This document shows positions 47,748 through 58,322 of a stretch of DNA of 64,000 nucleotides, piece by piece. Position 1 is the stretch's first letter. Each line of letters opens with the position of its first letter. A model generated the notes under the pieces. The model was not told where the DNA came from and searched no databases. It saw nothing but the letters and a program-made list of their open reading frames with translations. The stretch is from assembly GCA_050952645.1 (NCBI GenBank), contig JBMNLI010000010.1:96001-160000 (forward strand). Direction: 5' to 3'. The stretch comes from Bdellovibrionota bacterium (GTDB taxonomy: Bacteria; Bdellovibrionota_C; UBA2361; CAKMMH01). Made by a program: the position numbers and the translations under genes.

Positions 47748-49220
47748 CTATTTCTCTACACCCTTAGAAATATCCTTAGAGGTTTCTAAAAATTTATTTA
47801 ATGTATTCTTAGATATTTTTCCATCATTTACTACGGCGTTTCCTCCAATGCATCCCCCTTCACAACACATCACCTCGCAAAGTGTGCAACCTTTAGAAAA
47901 CTCTTTGCCACTTTCTACTAACTTAGGAAGCGACCTTAACTCTCTAAAAGTTTCCTTGTTTATGCCATTTATAATCTTAACATTTATATTTTCATTATTA
48001 GCTTTAAACCGAACGGCTTCAGCAACTCCTCCACTAAGCGGAAACCCTCTTCCTTGCTTTGATGGCTCAACTCTAAAACTTTCTTCCTTACAATCTAAAA
48101 TATCGATTTCTAACGCTAATAAAAGGGCGTCTAACTCCTCAAAGTTTATAACAAAATCAACATTCGCATCTATATTCATTTCTGCCTTTTTTGCAACACA
48201 CGGACTTATAAAAACCGTTTTCGCATCTTCATAAAGTTTTTTTGAAATTTCCGCAGTAAAAGATACGGGAGTACGTGTGTCAGATACGTATTCTTTTAAC
48301 TCTGGTATAAATTTTTTTACTAACTCTTTATAACCTGCACAACAAGACGTAGTCATAAGCTTCGCTCCATCTTTACATCGCTTTAAAAGCTCCCTAGCCT
48401 CAGCGTTTATCGTCTTATCTGCCCCTTCGGAAACTTCTATAACATCAAAAAAACCTGCTTTTTTTATAGCCGCCCTTAATTGATAAATATTCCCCTTAAA
48501 TTGCCCTACGATTGCTGGTGCTATAAGAGCTACTAACTTTTCCTTATTTTTAAGCCTTTTAATAACATCTACTATTTGACTTATCTCATTGACTGCGCCA
48601 AATGGACAAGCCATCATACACTTTCCGCAACTTATACATTTATCATAATTTATTTTTGCAAAACCATTTTCATTTTTCAATATAGCACCAACAGGACAAG
48701 CAGTTTCACAAGGCACAGTCCTTTTTACTATCGCTCCATAAGGACACTCTTTTACGCATATTAAACAATTTTTACACTTATTAGCATCTATTTGAGCCTT
48801 TCCATTTACTACATTTATCGCATCAAACTTGCACGCATTCTGACACGGTCTTGCAATGCAACCTTGGCAAAGGTTCGTAACGAACACTCGGCTTGGAACA
48901 CACCCTTTGCAAGCATTATCTAACACGGTTAAATGAGTAGTGCCTACATTTTCTCTCTCTAATGCCCTAATAGCATACTCCCTAAGCCCCTCTTCTTCAT
49001 TATCTTCTTCTAATGGAAAACCTAAAAATGCTACTACTCTATCTCTTATAACGGCTCTTTCTTTATAAATACAACATCTATACGATGCTTCCGAATCTTT
49101 CGGTCTCATTTCAAAAGGAACCTTTCTTATATTACTTGGGAAATCCCCTTTATAAAAAGCTCTTATCAACCTTACTAATATTTCTTTATTTAAATGCATC
49201 GATTTTAATATATTAGCCAT
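47748..49220 (-). CDS. hydA: monomeric [FeFe]-hydrogenase with ferredoxin-like domains (group B-like)
   Basis: H-cluster motifs TSCCAGY, SPCVAKKAE, EVMCCEGGCIGG; several CxxCxxCxxxCP motifs. Confidence 0.9.
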   Translation of the reverse strand: MANILKSMHLNKEILVRLIRAFYKGDFPSNIRKVPFEMRPKDSEASYRCCIYKERAVIRDRVVAFLGFPLEEDNEEEGLREYAIRALERENVGTTHLTVLDNACKGCVPSRVFVTNLCQGCIARPCQNACKFDAINVVNGKAQIDANKCKNCLICVKECPYGAIVKRTVPCETACPVGAILKNENGFAKINYDKCISCGKCMMACPFGAVNEISQIVDVIKRLKNKEKLVALIAPAIVGQFKGNIYQLRAAIKKAGFFDVIEVSEGADKTINAEARELLKRCKDGAKLMTTSCCAGYKELVKKFIPELKEYVSDTRTPVSFTAEISKKLYEDAKTVFISPCVAKKAEMNIDANVDFVINFEELDALLLALEIDILDCKEESFRVEPSKQGRGFPLSGGVAEAVRFKANNENINVKIINGINKETFRELRSLPKLVESGKEFSKGCTLCEVMCCEGGCIGGNAVVNDGKISKNTLNKFLETSKDISKGVEK

Positions 49221-49663
49221 TTACACCTAATCCCTAAAAAAGTTCTCTAAATTATCGAAATGAAAAGAACTAGCAATAATACAAACTAGCAACACACAAA
49301 CTAGCAATAGATAAACTAGCAACGCTATATCTTACAATATATTTTTATAAATCTCTACATAAAACTAAAATACTTAAATTCCTTAAAATTCTTTTCGTAG
49401 CCAATACCCACATTTATAATTGACTTAAAAACTTCATTTTGAGAAAATAATTAGCATTATTTGCGGATTTGCAAACTTGTAGATTTGCGAACTTGTGGAT
49501 CGTAAATTTTAGGGTTTTACTCGTTTTATTGTAAATTATTATTATAAATTATTATTATAATTTTTTATAGAAAATAAAAAAATTATAAAGCGAAATTTTT
49601 TCGTGAAATATTTTTCAAATAAAAGGTTCCATATAATATACCACACAATATAAAGGAGAAGAT

Positions 49664-50302
49664 ATGAAATTAACTTCCTTTACCCTTGCACTAGCAATTA
49701 TGCTTGCTACAACCTTGCCTTCCTGCTTTATTACTGGTTGCAGTGAAGAAAAACAAGAAGCTAACATTGCTAACACTAAAGATATCTGTGATATCGCTCA
49801 TATCACTAACGCCGTCTTGGAAAAAGGCTCTTGGGTAAAAGACGGAACTAAGCCTAGAACGCTTACTAGCTACTCGGGAGACTTAGCGCTTATACAAGAT
49901 GGCGAGCAAGATTTATTTGGCGAGTTCGATGCCTCCTTTGATATTAACGATAAGACTTACAACACGAGATCGTTTCTCTGGGTTAACAAAAATAGCGAGC
50001 CTTTAACTAAAGGGCTTGCAAAGCTTGAAAACATTATCAAAGACGGAAAAGACAAAGTTAAGAGTGATGATGAAAATTTACATCTTCACCCATCAGTTAT
50101 CTTCGAGTATCCGCTTCAATATCAAGCAAAAACATCTTACGTTAAAGGCTTTAACGGCTTAACCCTAATTAGCTATCATGGCATTTTAAAAATAGGCGAT
50201 GTAGGTAAATTCGCAAACGACCCTACATATCTTATCGGCTTAGATAGAAGAGAAAAAAACGATATCGAAAATAGGTTGGTATACATTATCAGAATCCACT
50301 GA
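49664..50302 (+). CDS. putative lipoprotein
   Basis: SD AAGGAG; signal peptide ending FITGC; own terminator. Confidence 0.75.
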   Translation: MKLTSFTLALAIMLATTLPSCFITGCSEEKQEANIANTKDICDIAHITNAVLEKGSWVKDGTKPRTLTSYSGDLALIQDGEQDLFGEFDASFDINDKTYNTRSFLWVNKNSEPLTKGLAKLENIIKDGKDKVKSDDENLHLHPSVIFEYPLQYQAKTSYVKGFNGLTLISYHGILKIGDVGKFANDPTYLIGLDRREKNDIENRLVYIIRIH

Positions 50303-50401
50303 TAAGGGTACACTGATAAGAGCACCACCTAGCAGCCACATTTAATATCCATAACTAATATCCACAACTAATATCCACATTGCTATAAGCAAAATTACTA
50401 T

Positions 50402-50440
50402 AAGCGAGCAGGAGAAACATTCTTCCTACTCGCTTTTTTT
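50402..50440 (+). terminator. intrinsic terminator
   Basis: AAGCGAGCAGGA..TCCTACTCGCTT hairpin followed by a T-run. Confidence 0.75.
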
Positions 50441-50477
50441 ATTAGTTCTTTTTATCCTAAGCTTTTAGCTAGCTTCT

Positions 50478-53184
50478 TTACGATAATCTTAACTTTCTTC
50501 CATAATATGCATCTGTATATATTTGCTTTATATCTGATATTAGCGGATAAGCTGGGTTTGCTCCCGTGCATTGATCATCGAATGCTAACTCTGAAAGCTC
50601 ATCTAAAGAACTAAAAAAATCTTCTTCAGATATTCCCATATCTTTTATGCTACTAGGAATTTCTATCTCTTTCTTTAATTTAGTTATAGCATTTATTAGT
50701 TTTTGCACTTTCTCATCATCGCTTTTTCCGCCTAATTTTAACGCATCTGCAAACTCTGCATACCTTTTCTTAGCGTTAGGATATTTATACTGAGGAAAAG
50801 CACACTGTTTTTCTGGGCGATCCGTTGCATTATATTCAATTACATGATTTAACAAAAGTGCATTTGCTATTCCATGTGCAATATTAAACTTAGCACCGAG
50901 CTTATGAGCCATCGAATGGCAAATTCCTAAAAATGCATTAGCAAAAGCCATACCTGCAATAGTTGCAGCGTAATGTATTTTTTCTCTAGCGGTAGGATCA
51001 TCTTTCCCGTTTTTATACGCTCTAGGTAAATACTCAAATATTAGTTTTGTAGCCTCCGTGGCATTTGCATCGGTAAAGTTTGTAGCCATAGATGATACGT
51101 AAGCCTCCACAGCGTGAGATAGTGCATCGATACCTGAAGCGGCCGTTAACCCCTTTGGCATACCATCTACAAAATTAGGATCCACTATCGCAACATTAGG
51201 AGTTAGTGCATAATCTGCTATGGCGTATTTAACATGCGTCTTATCATCGGTAATAATTGAAAAAGGCGTAACCTCAGAACCAGTTCCCGATGTTGTAGGA
51301 ATTGCTACCATAAGAGCTTTTTTACCTAACTCTGGAATACTACAAATTCTTTTTCTTATATCCATAAAACGCATCGATATATCTTCAAAATTAGTATCTG
51401 GGGCTTCATACATTAACCAAATAATTTTTGCAGCGTCCATTGGAGAGCCACCACCTAATGCGATAATAATATCTGGCTCGTAAGACCTAACGACTTTTAA
51501 AGCCTCCTCTATGGTCGATAAAGTTGGGTCTGGCTTAACATCGAAAAACACTTGGTGAGCGATATTTATATCGTCTAAAACTTTAGTAATGTTTTTTGCT
51601 ACGCCGCTAGTATAGAGATATTTATCAGTTACTATAAACGCTCTTTTTCTTCCCTCTAATTCTCTAAGTGCTAAATCTACTGCACCACGTTTAAAATAAA
51701 TTTTTGATGGAACTTTAAACCAAAGCATATTTTCTCTCCTTTCAGCAACCGTTTTATAATTTAATAAATGCTTAATGCCAACATTTTCACTAACCGAGTT
51801 TCCTCCCCAAGAACCGCAACCTATAGTTAACGATGGCTCAAGCCTAAAGTTATAAAGATCTCCTATTCCTCCTTGTGATGATGGTGAGTTTATAAGCAAT
51901 CTTCCAGTAGGTATTTTCTTTGCAAAATAATCTATCCTATCACTAGTTCTATCATCTGTATAAAGCACTGCCGTGTGCCCAGCACCTCCTAAAAGCACTA
52001 ACTTATAAGCCATATCGGTCGCCGTTTCAAAATCTTTCGCTTTATACATAGCTAAAATTGGAGATAATTTTTCGTGAGAAAAAGGGTCAGTCGCATCGAC
52101 TTCTTTTCTTTCTGCTATTAGCACTTTTACATCTTTACTAATCTCAACGCCTGCTAACTTTGCTACCGTGCTTGCACTTTGTCCTACTATTGCAGGATTA
52201 ACTCCCCTTTCAGTTAAAATTATCTTAGCGATTTTTTCTTTTTCTTTATTTGATAAGATGTAAGAACCTCTATATTCAAATTCTTTTTTTACCTCTTCAT
52301 ACACTTTATCAACTACTATGACTGCTTGCTCAGATGCGCATATCATACCATTATCAAAAGTCTTTGACATTATAATTGAGGATACTGCCATTTTAATATC
52401 ACTAGTTTCATCGATAATAGCAGGCGTATTTCCAGCCCCGACACCTAGAGCAGGCTTTCCAGAAGAGTAAGCAGCCTTTACCATGCCAGGACCTCCCGTT
52501 GCTAAAATTACATCTACCTTAGGATGTGTCATAAGTCTATTTGAAAGCTCTATACTTGGCTCATCTATCCAAGCGATTATATCCTTAGGAGCACCAGCCT
52601 CTAGAGCAGCCTCTAGCACTATTTTTGCAGCCTCTTTGGTCGACTTTTTAGCTCTAGGGTGTGGTGAGAAAATTATCGCATTTCTAGTCTTTAATGCGAT
52701 TAAAGATTTAAAAATTGCCGTAGAGCTAGGGTTAGTCGTAGGAACTATTCCAGCTAAAACTCCAAGTGGAGCTGCTAGAATTTTTATTCCATTTTCTTTA
52801 TCTTCTTCTATAATATCGCAAGTTTTAGTATTTTTATGCTTATTGTAAATATACTCTGAAGCAAAATGATTTTTTATGACTTTATCTTCTACTACTCCCA
52901 TTTTAGTCTCTTCAAAAGCAAGTTTTGCTAGTGGAATTCTCGCCTTTGCGGCAGCAGCACATGCCGCTTTAAAAAATCTTATCTACTTTTTCTTGTGGGA
53001 ACTTGGCATAAATTTCTTGTGCCTCTTTTACTCTATCTATTAGGTCGTCTAAATTTTTTAAACTATCGACCAATACTTTTTCTTCCTTACTATTTTTATC
53101 TTTTACATTTTTATCTTTAACATTTTTATCTTTAACATTTTTATCTTTAATTTTACTTTTTAAGCTTTCACTTACTTTTGCCAT
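50478..53184 (-). pseudogene. adhE: bifunctional acetaldehyde-CoA/alcohol dehydrogenase with a one-base frameshift at 52971-52976
   Basis: PTTNPSST, ATGGPGMV, DNGMICASEQ, LGCG-like TIGCGSWG, GGGSPMDAAK, HSMAH; deleting one A from the A6 run joins QEKVDKIF to KAACAAAAKARIPLAKLAFEETKMGV. Confidence 0.9.
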
Positions 53185-53490
53185 ATATTAAGACTCCTAA
53201 AATAACTTTGATTTTTTAAACCTTTTAATTTTAATTTATAAATATAAACTCTACGTATGCTTATAGTCAATAAAGTAAATCGATATTTATACTTATAAAC
53301 TTTTTAGATGCAAGAAGTTTTAAAAATTATTCAATTATCTTTATTTTATCTTTTTATTATGTTTTCACTATATAAATTAAAGTTTTTTTTAAATACAGCT
53401 TATAAACTATTGCAATAAAATTTAATTAGTTTTAAATTGAAAAAGATTATTTAAATAACTGTTTAAATAAATGCTTTTACTAATGCTTTT

Positions 53491-53563
53491 GCGGATGTGG
53501 CTCAGTTGGTAGAGCGCTTGCTTCCCAAGCAAGATGTCGCGGGTTCGAGTCCCGTCATCCGCT
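53491..53563 (+). tRNA. tRNA-Gly (CCC)
   Basis: Acceptor stem GCGGATG/CATCCGC, anticodon arm CTTGC-TTCCCAA-GCAAG, TTCGAGT T-loop; CCA not encoded. Confidence 0.96.
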
Positions 53564-53578
53564 TATAAAAACTTTAAC

Positions 53579-54448
53579 TTAAAAAAACTTTTCTCCCCTA
53601 AACAATTCTTCATAGTTTACAAGCTTAAATTTGCTATAAATCCCTGAGGCTTTTGCCTTTCTTAGCTCTTCTAGTTCTCTATCTCTAGTAATATACGTAG
53701 TGTCTTTTATGGTCTCACTATCCATATACCCGACATGCGTCATTATTTCTAAACTTTTAGTATTATTTTTTAAATTCTTTTCTATTATCTTTATAAAGTT
53801 TTCTTTCGTAGCATTATCTCTTGAAAATTCAGTGCTAAAAACATCCACAGTATCGATGCCATTATCTCTAAAAAATTTAGTAAGTAGTGGATGCTCGCTT
53901 CTAATTTTTAACTCGCACTCTTTACAAACTTGAAGCGTTACCTCTCTTACCGCCTTATTTGCATGGAGTGCATTATGACAATCTATATGGTCTATTACTA
54001 CCCCATAAGATAAAACTTTTTCTATTTGTGCTTTTATTTCTCTATAAACATCTTCCTTTATAAAATTATGTGCTTCGTAATCTTTTAAGTCTGGAGCAAA
54101 GTTTATAAGCTTTTTTTCTTGCACTAACTCGCCTTGCGTCTTTTCATCATAATTTTCTAAGCTTTCACTATCGTATTTAAGAGCGGCCTTCTTATGGATA
54201 GCTTTAAAATTCCCTGCCTCTCCTACTAAACTTTCTAAATTAAGTAGTGGCTTTCCCTTAGTTAAATTAACGTGGAGTCCTAAGCCTAAGCCCTTATTTT
54301 GTTTAAAGCGTAAAATCGCATCTTCAGCATCTGGCATATTTATTAAAATGCTAGTGCTACTAATAAGTCCCTCTTTAAAAGCATCGATTATCCCCTTATT
54401 AACTCCTACTGAAAGACCAAAATCATCCGCATTTATAATTACTTTCAT
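53579..54448 (-). CDS. ChbG/YdjC family carbohydrate deacetylase
   Basis: IINADDFG, GLHVNLT, HIDCH, EIMTHVG. Confidence 0.9.
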   Translation of the reverse strand: MKVIINADDFGLSVGVNKGIIDAFKEGLISSTSILINMPDAEDAILRFKQNKGLGLGLHVNLTKGKPLLNLESLVGEAGNFKAIHKKAALKYDSESLENYDEKTQGELVQEKKLINFAPDLKDYEAHNFIKEDVYREIKAQIEKVLSYGVVIDHIDCHNALHANKAVREVTLQVCKECELKIRSEHPLLTKFFRDNGIDTVDVFSTEFSRDNATKENFIKIIEKNLKNNTKSLEIMTHVGYMDSETIKDTTYITRDRELEELRKAKASGIYSKFKLVNYEELFRGEKFF

Positions 54449-54449
54449 T

Positions 54450-54497
54450 TTTAATTCTATCTTTAATTCTATCTTTAATTCTATCTTTAATTCTATT
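54450..54497 (+). repeat. 12-bp tandem repeat (TTTAATTCTATC), 4 copies
   Basis: Read directly in the intergenic spacer. Confidence 0.88.
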
Positions 54498-54508
54498 TTA
54501 ATTTTATT

Positions 54509-55285
54509 TTAGTTTCTTTTATCATCTTTCCTTATAGCTTCAACTATAACTGGAGAGCCAAAAAGATATCTTAAACCTAAAACTCCAAAAAATTTTTCAG
54601 ATAACTCGCATAATACTCTTTTTTTAATTATTCTATAAAACACTAACGGCATAAAAAACTGTGGAATGCGTTTATTTATTTTAAAATTATTTTTAAAAAA
54701 TTCCTCTTTTATTTCTCTATCAAAAAATATTTTAAACGTTCTAGTATTTTCTTCTACCTTTTTTTTAAGTTTAAAAAATAGTTTATTTAAAATATTAAAA
54801 CTTCTATACGTAGGATAATCGATGATTACAATTTTTTTTGAAACTCTTGAAAGCTCTCTTATGCAATCTTCCCACTTAGCTAAATGGCATATTTGCCTAA
54901 AACATAGCACGGCATCAAACGCCTTATCTTCAAAAGGCAAACAGACTAAACTGCCTACTTTAAAATTACAGTTATCATTTTTTAAATATTCTTCAACACG
55001 CTTTTTACAAACCTCATGGCTTCCATAAATAGTAATATTATAATTTTTCTCTAAGAGATAAGGCGTAAGTTGCCCGTGCCCTCCCCCTACATCTAACAGA
55101 GTTTTTATATCATCATGCTTTTCTAATATACTTAAAACTGCTCTTCCTTGCACGTCTAATGCAAAGCTTCCAAACTCCCCTAGAAATCTGCTTGCGTATT
55201 CATCTGAAGAAGAATGAATATCTGGTGTTATATTATCTTCTAAATTATTTACAGCTAAGTTATTCTTATTTAAATCATTCTTCAT
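54509..55285 (-). CDS. class I SAM-dependent methyltransferase
   Basis: LLDVGGGHG, LPFEDKAFDAV, IRELSRV. Confidence 0.88.
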   Translation of the reverse strand: MKNDLNKNNLAVNNLEDNITPDIHSSSDEYASRFLGEFGSFALDVQGRAVLSILEKHDDIKTLLDVGGGHGQLTPYLLEKNYNITIYGSHEVCKKRVEEYLKNDNCNFKVGSLVCLPFEDKAFDAVLCFRQICHLAKWEDCIRELSRVSKKIVIIDYPTYRSFNILNKLFFKLKKKVEENTRTFKIFFDREIKEEFFKNNFKINKRIPQFFMPLVFYRIIKKRVLCELSEKFFGVLGLRYLFGSPVIVEAIRKDDKRN

Positions 55286-55949
55286 ATTTTATCCTTTCAT
55301 CTAATAGCTCATTTACGCCATCAAAAATTAGTTTTATATCTTTATTTAAATTCGTCCCTTTGCATCTTCTAAATTTATTGCTTTCTCTTACTTTTATAAC
55401 CTCAAAGAGTTCTTCAAGTGGCAATAATAATTTTTTTTCTAATTTTTTTAAAAATAGCATCGTAATAAATAATATAAATAAAGCCATAAATACTAGCCCC
55501 CAAGCCCCAGCCATACTTATATTGGAAGCCTCTTTTTTTAATCTTACTATTTCTTTTTGATTTATTTTAAATAAATCATCTAAAGCCAACCTTAACTCTT
55601 TTCTCGCTACAGTATTATTTAATGCATTACCGCTTAAAAATGCTTTCTTATAATTTTCTTCTATCTTTGATAGAACTTCTTCTTCCTCTTTATTAGAAAT
55701 ATTTTCTTTAGCTTTATTTAAAGCTATTTTAAAATTTTTAATATTTTTTTTACTAGCGCTTTCATCTTTAATAACGCTTAATGCAAGCGCCATGCTCTTA
55801 GTGGCTTCAAGAGAAGAAACATTATTTTGAACTATTAAATCTATCGCTGGAATAATTCTTAAAAATAACCAAATGGTGCAAAATGAAACGGTTAAATTAA
55901 TCGCTACTAATACGACTCCGCAGATTTTTATAGAATTTGATAATTTCAT
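55275..55949 (-). CDS. two-TM protein with a periplasmic four-helix-bundle sensor-like domain
   Basis: Two TM helices flanking a helical domain (NVSSLEA..NISNKEE..IN), then a short HAMP-like tail. Confidence 0.65.
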   Translation of the reverse strand: MKLSNSIKICGVVLVAINLTVSFCTIWLFLRIIPAIDLIVQNNVSSLEATKSMALALSVIKDESASKKNIKNFKIALNKAKENISNKEEEEVLSKIEENYKKAFLSGNALNNTVARKELRLALDDLFKINQKEIVRLKKEASNISMAGAWGLVFMALFILFITMLFLKKLEKKLLLPLEELFEVIKVRESNKFRRCKGTNLNKDIKLIFDGVNELLDERIKYEE

Positions 55950-55967
55950 CTTATCCTTTAAAAAAAA

Positions 55968-56627
55968 TTAAAAAGTGTTAATAAATTTAGCTATCGCCTC
56001 TTCGGAAGATACGATAATAAGCTTATCGCCTTTGCATAATTTGTCAGTCGCTACTGGTTGAAAAATTTTAGGACTATTTCCTTTTCTAATAGCAGCAACT
56101 ACTATTCCAAATTTTTTAGGAAGTGCTAGCTCGACTAAATTTTTTCCTATCATGCTTTCTTGAACGTGAATTTCCGTTAAGTGTAAATCATTATCAAAAT
56201 TAACATCATTTATAATATCTCTATAAAGCACCCTATGGGCAAATCTTCTTCCAAATTCTTTTTCAGGATTTATAACTTGGTGAGCACCGACTAATTTTAA
56301 AATTCTCTCATGCGTTTTATCATTAGCTCTCGAAATTATATAAGGAGCGCCTATCTGTCTTAAAAGTGCTGTGCAAATAATAGAGCTTTCCTTTGACTCG
56401 TCCCCTATTGCGCAAATAACACAATCTCTTTTTTGTGGTTCAAACTTTAAAAGCTCCGCTTCATCGGTCGCATCGATAACGACAGCCTCTGTGGCAAACT
56501 CACTAGCCTCTTCTACTAGAAAGCGTTTTTTATCCATAGCAAGAACTGCAGCGCCTTTTTCAGATAAAGATTTCGCAAGCCCCATACCAAAATGCCCAAG
56601 GCCTATAATTAAAATTTCTTTTTCCAT
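55968..56627 (-). CDS. ktrA: KtrA/TrkA potassium uptake regulatory subunit
   Basis: IIGLGHFG Rossmann motif, INPEKEFG, C-terminal RCK_C. Confidence 0.92.
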   Translation of the reverse strand: MEKEILIIGLGHFGMGLAKSLSEKGAAVLAMDKKRFLVEEASEFATEAVVIDATDEAELLKFEPQKRDCVICAIGDESKESSIICTALLRQIGAPYIISRANDKTHERILKLVGAHQVINPEKEFGRRFAHRVLYRDIINDVNFDNDLHLTEIHVQESMIGKNLVELALPKKFGIVVAAIRKGNSPKIFQPVATDKLCKGDKLIIVSSEEAIAKFINTF

Positions 56628-56709
56628 AATATATTTCCTTTACGTTTTATGTAAACTTAAAATCACTTAACACTCAGCTAACTTAATATTTATCTAACTT
56701 AAATATAGT

Positions 56710-58233
56710 TTAAGTTAAAGTAATCTTAGCTACTGGATACTTTGAGCCATCAAAATTTTGTCTTCCTTTTAAAATGGTAAACAGCGTTAAAGGGCCAACC
56801 TTACCTATAAACATAGCAAACATAATAATTACTTTTCCTATTTCATCTAGCTTAGAGGTAGCATCTAGCGAGATGCCACTCGTTGCTAATGCTGAAACTG
56901 CTTCAAAAAGCAAAAGCTTAGTAGGTATATCTTGCGTTGCTAAAAGCATTAAAAGTATTGTAAACCCTACTATTAAAGTCGCAATTAAAATCGTAATGGC
57001 CTTATAAACTGTATCTCTTCTTATCTCTCTTCCTTCGACTACGATATTTCTTTGATTACTAATAACGCTCCAAAATGTTAAAATAAGGATTGCAAATGTT
57101 GTAGTTTTTATCCCCCCTGCTATTCCTCCAGGGCTTCCGCCTATAAACATAAAGATAAGAAATATTATGTAAGTGATATCTTTAATATTTGAGATATTTA
57201 AAGATGTAAAACCTGCAGTTCTTACAGATGCAGACATAAACCAAGCATTGCTTATTTTATCTAGCACATCTAAACCACAAAGCGTATTGTTCCATTCTAA
57301 TAAAAGCAAACTAGCCGTTCCTACGATAAGTAAACTAATAGTAGTCGTTAGAGAGATTTTAGCTTGAGGACTTATTTTTTTTTGCATTAAAAATTTTGGA
57401 AATAGCATAGTTGCTACTGGGGAGATGCTTCCTATGATAATAAGCAAAGAAATTATTAGTAAAATTAAAGGACTAGTATTATAAGATATTAAACTATTTG
57501 CTTCTAAAAAAAACCCAGCATTACAAAAAGCTGAAATGGCAGTAAAAATTCCTTTATAAATGCTTTTTGCTCCCTCAACTCCATTTAAATAAAACAAAAA
57601 ACTTAAAATTGTAGCCCCTATTAGTTCAGTAAAAAAGACTAGTCTTCCCATATAAATTAAGGCTCGCTTTAAAGCACCCATTTCATCTGCTAAATCGCTA
57701 GTTAAAATTACCTCACTTTTAAAACTTATCTTCCCTACATTATGAATTACTATGCTTGCAATGCTCATTATACCTAAGCCGCCTAATTGGATAAGCACTA
57801 GAATAATAATTTGCCCAAGATAAGAAAACTTTGTTCCTATATCCACAGGTGAAAGCCCTGCTACGCAAGTAGCGCTAACCGCCGTAAAAAAAGCATCGAT
57901 AGGTTTTACTCGTTCTAGTTGAGAAAAAGGAAAATTTAAAAGTAGCCCCCCTATTAAAGAAAGTGATGCTAGGTATACGACTATCATTTTTGCTGGATGG
58001 TTTAAAAAAAGCTCAATTCCAGATTCTTTTTTTTCGTGGAGATTTTTTCTTATACTTTTTATAGAAATATTTTTGCAATCGCTTAGAAAAAAATATAAGT
58101 AGATAAACAAACTTCCAAGAATTAAGACTAAAAAAGGATTGCTACTTATAGTTTCAAAATAAAACCAAGTAAAAAACGCACATAAAAATGTGGTAATTAT
58201 TTTTAAAAACAAACCTACGCTCATAAAAAACAT
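56710..58233 (-). CDS. ktrB: KtrB/TrkH potassium uptake membrane subunit
   Basis: FTAVSATCVAGL, IQLGGLG, SAFCNAGF, RTAGF, GGIKTTT, FEAVSA. Confidence 0.93.
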   Translation of the reverse strand: MFFMSVGLFLKIITTFLCAFFTWFYFETISSNPFLVLILGSLFIYLYFFLSDCKNISIKSIRKNLHEKKESGIELFLNHPAKMIVVYLASLSLIGGLLLNFPFSQLERVKPIDAFFTAVSATCVAGLSPVDIGTKFSYLGQIIILVLIQLGGLGIMSIASIVIHNVGKISFKSEVILTSDLADEMGALKRALIYMGRLVFFTELIGATILSFLFYLNGVEGAKSIYKGIFTAISAFCNAGFFLEANSLISYNTSPLILLIISLLIIIGSISPVATMLFPKFLMQKKISPQAKISLTTTISLLIVGTASLLLLEWNNTLCGLDVLDKISNAWFMSASVRTAGFTSLNISNIKDITYIIFLIFMFIGGSPGGIAGGIKTTTFAILILTFWSVISNQRNIVVEGREIRRDTVYKAITILIATLIVGFTILLMLLATQDIPTKLLLFEAVSALATSGISLDATSKLDEIGKVIIMFAMFIGKVGPLTLFTILKGRQNFDGSKYPVAKITLT

Positions 58234-58322
58234 TTTAAACTATTTTAGTTTATTTAGGAATATAGTGAAAAGAACTAAAAAGAACTAAAATAATATACTA
58301 AAAAAAACTTCTTGTAGCTTGC

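Noticed and set aside
49601..49618. Rex-like operator TCGTGAA-ATAT-TTTTCAA between the hydrogenase and lipoprotein genes
   Set aside because: Three mismatches in very AT-rich DNA, about 380 bp from the hydrogenase start, and no matching site seen before adhE
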